This document shows positions 43,732 through 55,094 of a stretch of DNA of 64,000 bases, piece after piece (within the stretch, counting starts at the first letter, position 1; each line of letters begins with the position of its first letter). The stretch is taken from positions 194,060,001-194,124,000 of the forward strand of contig OZ024740.1 of the NCBI GenBank assembly GCA_964016885.1, given 5' to 3'. A program made the position numbers and the translations under genes. The notes under the pieces are model-generated. The model did no database searches, was not told where the DNA came from, and saw only the letters and a list, made by a program, of their open reading frames with translations. This DNA is from Eledone cirrhosa (lineage: Eukaryota).

Positions 43732-43732
<1 letters not shown>
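43575..43732 (-). mobile_element. tRNA-derived SINE 5' part
   Basis: Minus strand: A box tggctgagtgg, B box gacttcgattcc. Confidence 0.8.
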
Positions 43733-43824
<92 letters not shown>

Positions 43825-43932
43825 GGAATAGAATGAAACGAAATTTCATTTCTCAGTTTAAGTACGACGCTTACTTAAATGTAAGTATGTATGTATACAT
43901 ACATACATGTATGTATACAGACGAACAGTAGC

Positions 43933-44011
<79 letters not shown>

Positions 44012-44232
44012 CAGGCACACATATATATATGTACATATACATACATACTTACATTTAAGTAAGTGCCGTCCTAAGAGTGAGAAATGAAATTTCGTTTCAT
44101 TCCATTCCATTTATCGTTTTCGGTGCGCCTGGCCGACTGAACTCACTCGATATGCAAATAAGCTGCTCAGCCGTTAATTTCCATGAGGAAAGTATATACT
44201 TTCGAACGTTCAACCATCTGGCAAAAAGGTAT

Positions 44233-44275
44233 ACGGTGCTGACGATAGCTAACAAGCTTGAAACTAGTACATCGC
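44233..44275 (+). ncRNA. Minimal type I hammerhead ribozyme (first of seven in the array)
   Basis: acggtg-CTGACGA-tagctaacaagctt-GAAA-ctag-TA-catcg; the others at 44729-44771, 45223-45265, 45707-45749, 47653-47695, 48109-48151, 48593-48635. Confidence 0.85.
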
Positions 44276-44424
44276 TCCTGTGTCAGAGTTGAACAAAAAG
44301 GTGACGTGCTTGCCTGAACACTGTACGGCATAAATAAGGCTGTCCGTTTGTTTACAAACGAACAAAGCGAACATTATAATAAATGTTCGGAAAACTGTTA
44401 CGTACATATATATGTGTGTGCCTG

Positions 44425-44495
<71 letters not shown>

Positions 44496-44920
44496 GCTAC
44501 TGTACGTATGTATACATATGTGTATGTACGTATACATACATACTTACATTTAAGTAAGTGCCGAACTAAGAGTGAGAAATGAAATTTCGTTTCATTCTAT
44601 TCCATTTATCGTTTACGGTGCGCCTGGCCGACTGAACTCACTTGATATGCAAATTAGGGTGCTCAGCCGTTAATTTTCATAAGGAAAGTATATACTTTCG
44701 AACGTTGAACCATCTGGCAGAAAGGTATTCGGTGCTGACGATAGCTAACAAGCTTGAAACTAGTACATCGTTCCTGTGTCAGTGTTGAACAAAAAGGTGA
44801 CGTGCTTGCCTGAACACTGTACGGCATAAATAAGGCTGTCCGTTTGTTTACAAACGAACAAAGCGAACATTATAATAAATGTTCGGAAAACTGTTACGTA
44901 CATATATATGTGTGTGCCTG

Positions 44921-44989
<69 letters not shown>

Positions 44990-45414
44990 GCTACTGTACG
45001 TCTGTATACATATATGTATGTACGTATACATACATACTTACATTTAAGTAAGTGCCGAACTAAGAGTGAGAAATGAAATTTCGTTTCATTCTATTCCATT
45101 TATCGTTTTCGGTGCGCCTGGCCGACTGAACTCACTTGATATGCAAATTAGGCTGCTCAGCCGTTAATTTTCATAAGGAAAGTATATACTTTCGAACGTT
45201 GAACCATCTGGCAGAAAGGTATTCGGTGCTGACGATAGCTAACAAGCTTGAAACTAGTACATCGTTCCTGTGTCAGTGTTGAACAATAAGGTGACGTGCT
45301 TGCCTGAACACTGTACGGCATAAATCAGGCTGTCCGTTTGTTTACAAACGAACAAAGCGAACATTATAATAAATGTTCGGAAAACTGATACGTACATATA
45401 TATATGTGTGCCTG

Positions 45415-45475
<61 letters not shown>

Positions 45476-45926
45476 GCTACTGTACGTCTGTATACATATG
45501 TATGTACGTATAAATACATACTTACATTTAAATAAGTGCCGTACTAAGAGTGAGATATGAAATTTCGTTTCATTATATTCCATTTATCGTTTTCGGTGCG
45601 CCTGGCCGACTGAACTCACTCGATATGCAAATTAGGCTGCTCAGCCGTTAATTTTCATAAGGAAAGTATATACTTTCGAACTTTCAACCATCTGGTAGAA
45701 AGGTATACGGTGCTGACGATAACTAACAAGCTTGAAACTAGTACATCGTTCCTGTGTCAGTGTTGAACAAAAAGGTGACGTGGTTGCCTGAACACTGTAC
45801 GGCGTAAATCAGGCTTTCCGTTTATTTACAAACGAACAAAGCGAACATTATAATAAATGTTCGGTAAACTGATACGTATATATATATATATGTGTGCCTG
45901 TATGTATATATATATATATATTTATA

Positions 45927-47340
45927 TATATTGTTATACTTTGGGAGGGTCATGTTGCCAATAAGAAACACACGCACCAGTTGCTTTCACTTCAACTTAT
46001 TATATATTTATAAATTTATAAATTTACAAATCTACAAACTTATAAATTTCTGGTTGGTTGGTTGGTTCCACAACCAGATATTTGTTTATATATAGTCATA
46101 GTCCTTTCGTCACACACTCTGTGACCTCTTCAGTGACTGGGGATTCCTTTCTTTGTTTCTGTGCCTTTCCTTTATTCTGTCCTACGCCATTTTGTTTCTG
46201 TGTGTGTGTTGTGTGCTCAGTTTGCGCATGCCCCACATCCGGGTGTCTGTGTGTGTTTGTGTTCATTTATCTATTTGTTTATTTATTTATTTATTTATTT
46301 ATTTACATGTTGTTGGTTGGTTGTTTGTTCTATGTGTGTGTGTGTTTTCATTTTGTCCTTAATTGTAAGTTGTGATGTTGCTGTTCCACTCATATTTTCT
46401 ATTTAATTTTGGTTGTAATTCTTTTATGCTTACTGCCTCTGTAATTTGCCTAAACATTGCATCTTTTCTGTGTGTGGATTCTATTTTTATTTCTATGTTC
46501 TCTAATTTACCCTTGTGTTCTATCTTAGCATGTTGGTAGAGCACAGATGATTCTTTATTATCTTGAACGTCTCGCCAGTGTTAATTTATTCGTTCCCCTA
46601 TACTACGAGCTGTCTCACCTATGTACACTATATGTTTGTTTCTACATTGTCCTTCAGTACATCTTATGCTATACACTACATTTCTAGTTTTACAGTTAAT
46701 ATGTGGGCTTATTTTACAGGTTATACATTTCTTATCTATACATGAGGGTCTTTGGAACGGGTATGTCTTGCTAATAAGTGTTTTTACGGGGGTACGTGGT
46801 CTTTCTACTATCTTAATATTGAGTTTATGTTTATTTAGGGCCCTTCTAAATTTGTTGGCTAGTTCGCCTCTAGGGGTTGTATTGATGAACATTACACTCT
46901 GGTATTTATTGCTATTATACCATGAGTTTATTCTATTGGCCTTGTTCCTAGTTCTTTCTATTCTATTCCAAAATTTGCTCCTATACAAGGGGCAGGTCCC
47001 ATTTACGTCATTATTTACCATTTTTTCCCATTTGGTTCTGGCACCTCTATACACTCTGATTCTATCTCTCTGATTGTAGCCAGAGAACTGCATACGGTGG
47101 ATGAAGTTTTGTATGTGTCTCTCTAGTTCTTCGGGGTTGCACATGCGGGACACATTTCTCATCACGCGTACCAAATCCGCAATCAGTATGTTGATTTTGG
47201 TATGGTCCGAAATGGCCGAGTTTCGGTGGATCAGATGTTTGGAAGTCATGGGTTTGGCATAATGGGAATGGAGGATTTGTTTTTTCAACACACGATTTCA
47301 GATAAAGAATCTTGCTAAACAAATTCAGAAACGAAATATT
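45927..47340 (-). mobile_element. 5'-truncated Neptune-type PLE (RT thumb + Cys linker + GIY-YIG) nested in the (TA)n of array unit 4
   Basis: ORF 46581-47291: YAKP..SGY..CIDKKCITC..CKTRNVVYSIRC..YIGETARSIGER; continues after a frameshift in 46359-46544 (RQITEAV..LNRK). Confidence 0.88.
46094..46138 (-). ncRNA. Minimal type I hammerhead ribozyme
   Basis: agtca-CTGAAGA-ggtcacagagtgtgtgac-GAAA-ggac-TA-tgact. Confidence 0.85.
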
Positions 47341-47419
<79 letters not shown>

Positions 47420-48299
47420 GCTACTGTACGACTGTATACATATATGTATGTACGTATAAATACATACTTACATTTAAATAAGTGCCGTCCTAAGAGTGAG
47501 AAATGAAATTTCGTTTCATTCTATTCCATTTATCGTTTTCGGTGCGCCTGGCCGACTGAACTCACTCGATATGCAAATTAGGGTTCTCAGCCGTTAATTT
47601 TCATAGGGAAAGTATATACTTTCGAACGTTCAACCATCTGGCAGAAAGGTATACGGTGCTGACGATAGCTAACAAGCTTGAAACTAGTACATCGTTCCTG
47701 TGTCAGTGTTGAACAAAAAGGTGACGTGGTTGCCTGATCACTGCACGGCGAAAATCAGGCTGTCCGTTTGTTTACAAACGAACAAAGCGAACATTATAAT
47801 AAATGTTCGGTAAACTGATACGTACATATATATATGTGTGCCTGTATGTATATATATATATATATATATATACATGCTACTGTACGTCTGTATACATATA
47901 TGTATGTACGTATACATACATACTTACATTTAAGTAAGTGCCGTACTAAGAGTGAGATATGAAATATCGTTTCATTCTATTCCATTTATCGATTTCGCTG
48001 CGCCTGGCCGACTGAACTCACTCGATATGCAAATTAGGCTGCTCAGCCGTTAATTTTCATAAGGAAAGTATATACTTTCGAACGTTCAACCATCTGGTAG
48101 AAAGGTATACGGTGCTGACGATAGCTAACAAGCTTGAAACTAGTACATGGTTCCTGTGTCAGAGTTGAACAAAAAGGTGACGTGGTTGCCTGAAAACTGT
48201 ACGGCGTAAATCAGGCTGTCCGTTTGTTTACAAACGAACAAAGCGAACATTATAATAAATGTTCGGTAAACTGATACGGACATATATATATATGTGTGC

Positions 48300-48359
<60 letters not shown>

Positions 48360-48781
48360 GCTACTGTACATCTGTATACATATATGTATGTACGTATACA
48401 TACATACTTACATTTAAGTAAGTGCCGTACTAAGAGTGAGATATAAAATTTCGTTTCATTCTATTCCATTTATCGTTTTCGGTGCGCCTGGCCGACTGAA
48501 CTCACTCGATATGCAAATTAGGCTTCACAGCCGTTAATTTTCATACGGAAAGTAAATACTTTCGAACGTTCAACCATCTGGCAGAAAGGTATACGGTGCT
48601 GACGATAGATAACAAGCTTGAAACTAGTACATCGTTCCTGTGTCAGTGTTGAACAAAAAGGTGACGTGGTTGCCTGAACACTGTACGGCTTAAATCAGGC
48701 TGTCCGTTTGTTTGCAAACGAACAAAGCGAACATTATAATAAATGTTCGGTAAACTGATACGTACATATACATATGTGTGC

Positions 48782-48861
<80 letters not shown>

Positions 48862-48959
48862 GCTACTGTACGTCTGTATACATATATGTATGTTCGTATA
48901 CATACATACTTACATATATATATATATATAAATATATACATATATACATATATGTATCA

Positions 48960-49116
48960 GAAGGCGTGTGGCTGAGTGGTTAGAGAATTGATTCGCAATC
49001 GTAAGATTGTGAGTTCGATTCCTAAACCAGGCGATGCGTTATGTCCTTGAGGAAGACACTTTATTTCACTTCGCTCCTTCTACCTGGATTTGCGACCGAT
49101 AGATAGTATTAGCAAT
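48960..49116 (+). mobile_element. tRNA-derived SINE 5' part, inverted twin of 43575-43732
   Basis: A box tggctgagtgg, B box gagttcgattcc; same end gcgaccgatagatagtattagcaatt. Confidence 0.8.
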
Positions 49117-49180
49117 TGAAAGACCAACGTAAACATTCTTTCCTCACTCCGATTTCACGGAAGTCGATCGACATGAATAA

Positions 49181-49222
<42 letters not shown>

Positions 49223-49229
49223 GTATATA

Positions 49230-49283
<54 letters not shown>

Positions 49284-49349
49284 TGCATATATATGTATAT
49301 ATATATATATATATGCATATATATGTATATATATATATATATATGCATA

Positions 49350-49394
<45 letters not shown>

Positions 49395-49399
49395 GCATA

Positions 49400-49451
<52 letters not shown>

Positions 49452-49454
49452 TAT

Positions 49455-50027
49455 ATAATCAAGGTTTAGCAAATAAGAAATAGTTTCAAAATAAATTTTA
49501 AAAAATTTACTTTACCTACTATGGTTACCTTTACCGAATCGGTTTCGAGTCTCAAAAATAAACGGACAGTCCATACGGCCTTCGTTGCAAAGATAAACTC
49601 TCATCAGAAGGGTCTTTTCACTCGGAGAATATAAAATTCCCGAGTTCAAATTACGAACTGGCGCTATTCAAAATTGTTCCCGAGATGAGAATAAATGAAG
49701 TGGAAGCAATTCTTTCAAGTGCCGTGTGTAAATATAGAGGCAGAGGCAGGGAGGCCAGTCTGCTCCCGCTATAACTAGCAGCTGTCAGAACAACCAAATT
49801 TTTTTCTTAACCATGAGGAGGATAATAATAAAGTAAATGTTCCTACACGCACAAGGCGCTTATGGACATATGTATTGTCCAACCCTATGCCAATGTGGTT
49901 CAATGGCAGGTTAATAAATTAACGAGCCAGAACGTATATAATCAAGGATTAGCAAATAAGAAAAGTTTTCAAAATAAATTTTAAAAAATTAACTTTACCT
50001 ACTATGGTTAACTTTACCGAATCGGTT
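49455..50027 (-). mobile_element. HHR repeat family C: ~480 bp unit in partial tandem
   Basis: 49455-49545 recurs at 49935-50027; (TA)n on both sides; no ORF. Confidence 0.85.
49528..49611 (-). ncRNA. Type I hammerhead ribozyme (family C)
   Basis: cctt-CTGATGA-gagttt..agactc-GAAA-ccgattcgg-TA-aagg. Confidence 0.85.
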
Positions 50028-50171
50028 TATATATATGTATATATATATATACATATTTATATATATACATATGTATATATATATACATAGTTATATATAT
50101 ACATATTTATATATATACATATGTATATAAATATACATATTTATATATATACATATGTATATATATATACA

Positions 50172-50237
<66 letters not shown>

Positions 50238-50394
50238 ACAAAGGAATTGTGGTAAGGAACCAGGTGGACCATAACGCACCAGAGTACTCAATACTTAGGG
50301 TAGTAGATTGGGAAATAGGAAAAAGTATGACCCCGACGGCAGAGCTCAAGCCGTTTCGACGGCTATTTCTGGACTAAATTAGAATTTTTAGACT

Positions 50395-51113
50395 GGTGGA
50401 TAAATAGCCGAACTTGTCAAGAGCGTACTTCCTGTAAGTAGGTGTAAACTAAAAGTGCTTGTGTTTGAATACATACAAATTAAATTTCATTGAAATCGAA
50501 AGATTTAAAAAAAAATATGAAAAACATTGTCATATATTTTGTAGACTGTACAATTATTTAAGAATTAAGAATTCTACTCAAACAACCCTGAATATCTGTT
50601 TGTAAAGTCTTCCATTTTTCCATAAAGAAAGGCGTAGATTTGCATATTTCCACAATATTGCGCCATTGATGATTAAACTGTGAATAATTGTATGCCCTAA
50701 CTCTTAAAGGTCTCATTTAATGCATGATTTATGAGTTTAAAAAAACTTTCTGAATTTTTGCAGCCTTGGAGTAACTCTTAATGGATCTATTATTGTGGTG
50801 ATATCAAATTTCATAGAAATCGGACGAATTCTGAAAATATCGATTTTTGCCTCTGGGGGTCCGATTATCGATTCCTTGACAATTTAATGTAGCGCACGTT
50901 CATCCCCGCCGGATCCAAATACACACCTGCGTCGAGTTTCATCGAAATCGGACGATTTTTGGCTTCTGAGGGCCCGATTATCGATGTTTCAAAAATTTCA
51001 AATAGCCTATTTCAATCGATGGGTCGAGTTTTATATATGTGTCAATGTCAAGTAAATCTGATGAACGGTGTAGCCTACAAGTTCGGGACACCAAACAAAC
51101 AACGCCCAACTTC

Positions 51114-51120
<7 letters not shown>
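50395..51120 (-). mobile_element. Possible non-autonomous Helitron-like element
   Basis: Minus strand begins tatatataaagtgaagttg..tgtttgtttg; internal tttcatNgaaatcg repeats at ~50485, 50808, 50937; no clear CTAG end. Confidence 0.45.
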
Positions 51121-51168
<48 letters not shown>

Positions 51169-51340
51169 TCAGCGAGAAACGTATTTCGGCTGGTAGAAAA
51201 GGCGAAACATAACGCAAAATCGTAGATATGGTGGCAAGCGCTCCAATAGTTAAGAAAACTAGAGCTAAACAATATGTTAAAACGCCATACAAACTGAAAA
51301 AGTGGTCAATAATGCATTAACCACCTAAGCCAAAAAGCCA

Positions 51341-51384
<44 letters not shown>

Positions 51385-51387
<3 letters not shown>

Positions 51388-53787
51388 ATAATAATAAATT
51401 TGAAGACTAAAATCCAAAGAGGGCTCGATAAGTATAAATATATATCAAATATATAAGGACCGTAGAGCAAATATTTATTAAAATAACAGATTAAAGTTTA
51501 AGCAAAGAATCGCTGCTTTCACCCTTAACGGGATATTCTGGAACTAACAAAGTCAATCTGTAAACGCAGAAGTGGATATTTCAAAAAACGTTGCAACGGG
51601 AGGAAGACAGGAAGACGATACTTTGGTTCGTGGAAACGTTCGCTGGCAAAGAACGGGAAAAACGAATATAATACGTCATTAATAGGAGCGGTGAAAAACA
51701 ATTACGCGCAAAGACAGAACCACGTTTATGGTATAAAAGAGGTCGTAGACTAATGTTCTCTTAGGTGGTTCATAGAGACGTTCTCTGGCAATGAACGAAA
51801 AAAACCGAAGATAATACGTCATATATGGACCGTGGAGAACAAGAGCACGAACAGACAAAACCACGTAAATGGTATAGCAGAAGTTGTAGACTAAAATTCT
51901 AACTAGGAGACCGAATGAATCTCCACTACAGAATTAAGAACAAAGTAAATAAATACAATACAGAAGTAATAGAAATAAATAAATACATACACGCAAACAA
52001 ATACGTACATACACAAGCATACGCAGAACACTTACCATCGGTATACAACACCACGCACATATATATTTATTTGCATACACGCATACACACACACATGTGT
52101 GTGTGTGTATGCGTGTATGCAAATAAATATATAATTATATAAAGGTATATAAATAAATAAATACGTATATAACAAGCGCACACACATACCTACATGTAAA
52201 TACACGAATGTTCGGAGACGTAAGTCAACCAAATCATGAAGTACACATATACGAACCTGCATACTCACGCAGACGCAAAACTCCCGTATACACATAGCCA
52301 AACCATGTGTACCAGAATATATAAAATTATACGCCATAACATAAACAACCAAATATACGTACAAACTATTGCCCCCTATCCGGGAAATGCCTCTCTAGTA
52401 ACATTGTCTACAAATGTAAGGTTGTAACACCCACGTCCCGTAGGGCCTACATAGGGTTAGCCGCCAATAGATACAAGCAGCGTCTTTACATGCATACCCG
52501 TTCTTTTCGTTACCCTCTAAGAAGGAATATGACGTCACTTTCAGCTTATATCTGGAGTCTAAAAGACAACCACACCCAATATAAGTTACACTGGGAGATC
52601 CTAGCTAGGGCTAGATCGTATAACGGAAATAAAATAACATGTAACCTCTGCGCCGATGAGGCCCTGGAAATACTCTACGCCACAGACCACATCTTAAACA
52701 AAAAATCTGAAGCAATTTCGGCTTGTAAACATAAATTGCACAAAACTTTCCTGTATTACAGCCCCACGTTATACCCTAACGGATAGTACGATTTATACGT
52801 GGATATTTTACGTCTTGATGTGGGAGCTAAGTATGTTTTGTTTATACCATTACTTATTTGCATAGATAAGTATAGCTTACCAGTATGTTTTGTGAAGATA
52901 CGTATACCTTCTCGTACGTATATTTGATTGTTTATGTTATTGCGTATAATTTTATATATTCTGGTACATATGGTTTGGCTATGTGTATACGGGAGTTTTG
53001 CGTCTGCGTGAGTATGCAGGTTCGTACGTATGTAGGGTGTGTGTATATGTGTACTTCATGTTTTGGTTGACTTACGTCTCCGAACATTCGTGTATTTACA
53101 TGTAGGTATGTGTGTGCGCTTGTTATATACGTATTTATTTATATACGTTTATATAATTATTTATTTATTTGTATACACGCATACACACACACACATATTT
53201 ATATGTGCGTGGTTTTGTATACCGATGGTAAGTGTTCTGCGTATGCTTGTGTATGTACGTATTTGTTTACGTGTATGTATTTATTTATTTCTATTGCTTC
53301 TGTATTGTATTTATTTACTTTGTTCTTAATTCTGTAGCGGAGATTCATTCGGTCTCCTAGTTAAAATTTTAGTCTACGAATTCTGCTATACCATTTACGT
53401 GGTTTTGTCTTTTCGTGCTCTTGTTCTCCACGCTCCATATATGACGTATTATCTTCGTTTTTTTCGTTCATTGCCAGAGAACGTCTCTATGAACCACCTA
53501 AGAGAACATTAGTCTACGACCTCTTTTATACCATAAACGTGGTTCTGTCTTTGCGCGTAATTGTTTTTCACCGCTCCTATTAATGATGTATTATATTCGT
53601 TTTTTCCCGTTCCTTGCCAGGGAACGTTTCCAGGAACCAAAGTATTGTCTTCCTGTCTTCCTCCCGCTGCAACGTTTTTTGAAATATACACTTCTGCGTT
53701 TACAGATTGACTGTGTTAGTTTCAGAAGATCCCGTTAAGGGTGAAAGCAGCGATTCTTTGCTTAAACTTTAATCTGTTATTTTAATA
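51385..53787 (+). mobile_element. Palindromic truncated copy of the 40.4 kb Naiad: ~1 kb inverted 3' UTR + GIY-YIG fragment + 3' UTR
   Basis: ~51475-52362 inverted versus ~52914-53787; 52368-52786 matches 42070-42487; HHRs at 51495-51545 (-, core mutated) and 53718-53768 (+). Confidence 0.9.
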
Positions 53788-53804
53788 ATTATGTATATAT
53801 ATAT

Positions 53805-53861
53805 AAATGTAAGTATGTATGTATACGTACATACATATATGTATACAGACGTATAGTAGCA

Positions 53862-53945
<84 letters not shown>

Positions 53946-53952
53946 TACATAT

Positions 53953-53990
<38 letters not shown>

Positions 53991-54418
53991 ATACAGGTAC
54001 ACATACATATATGCACGCATCAGTTTAGCGGACGCTTATTATAACGCCTCTTTGTTCGTTTGTAAACAAACTGAACAGCCTAAACCATACGGTGTTAAGG
54101 CAACCACGTCACCTTTTTGTTCAACACGGACACAGGAACGATGTACTAGTTTCAAGGTTGTTAGCTATCATCAGCACCGTATACCCATCTGCCAGATAGT
54201 TGAACGTTCGCAAGTATATACTTTCCTTATGAAAATTAACGGCTAAGCAGCCTAATCTGCATATTGAGTGAGTTAAATCGGCCAGGCATACCGAAAACGA
54301 TAAGTTGAAAAAAATGAAAACGAAATTTCATTTCTCACTCTTACGATGGCACTTACTTAAATGTAAGTATGTATGTATACGTACATACATATATGTATAC
54401 AGACGTACAGTAGCATGC

Positions 54419-54467
<49 letters not shown>

Positions 54468-54503
54468 CTGATGCGTGCATATATGTATGTGTACCTGTAT
54501 GTA

Positions 54504-54575
<72 letters not shown>

Positions 54576-54686
54576 TGCTACTGTACGTCTGTATACATAT
54601 ATGTATGTACGTATACATACATACTTACATTTAAGTAAGTGCCATACTAAGAGTGAGAAATGAAATTTCGTTTTCATTTTTTTCAA

Positions 54687-54690
<4 letters not shown>
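53805..54690 (-). mobile_element. Family A unit(s) with fold-back; HHR at 54138-54180
   Basis: Reverse complement: acggtg-CTGATGA-tagctaacaacctt-GAAA-ctag-TA-catcgt. Confidence 0.85.
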
Positions 54691-54738
<48 letters not shown>

Positions 54739-55094
54739 TATAGGCTAGAGGACTTCAAAGCTTCGACCGTGCTAAGGTAAACAACCATTTTTCTTTCGCC
54801 GTGAAATCACTAGCCAATATGTAACACAACAATTTAACCACGGCCTGGCAAACGCTTCTCTCAGCCTGTAGTCCGTGTCTTTCTGGAATCTTAATACGTT
54901 TGTTTAATTTCTCTTGGTATGCCAGCTCAACCTCTGTTAATAAATAATTTAAAACCAAGCTAAAAGTCGTTGTCGATATTCCTATTATATCTTTCTACCA
55001 AACCTGGTTCCTCGTGGCAACATTACAACTTCTGAAATATACTTTTCCGCTAAATTGGAATTTACATCTTCAACCAAATTGGTGACTTATATTC

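Larger units (their letters stand above)
43820..48915 (+). repeat. Tandem array of seven ~456-496 bp HHR-bearing non-coding units (family A, retrozyme-like) with short inverted 5' piece
   Basis: CTGACGA cores at 44239, 44735, 45229, 45713, 47659, 48115, 48599; period varies with the internal (TA)n; interrupted by a PLE at 45927-47340; 43820-43935 inverted. Confidence 0.92.

Noticed and set aside
43820-48915. CRISPR array or ordinary satellite
   Set aside because: Eukaryotic context, ~490 bp units with no unique spacers and no cas genes; dispersed, inverted and permuted copies argue for retro-mobility
48960-49035. tRNA gene
   Set aside because: A and B boxes are present but there is no convincing acceptor stem; continues into SINE body and has an inverted twin
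54755-55090. Short ORF between the family A copy and the PLE
   Set aside because: No recognisable motif; cannot be assigned from sequence alone
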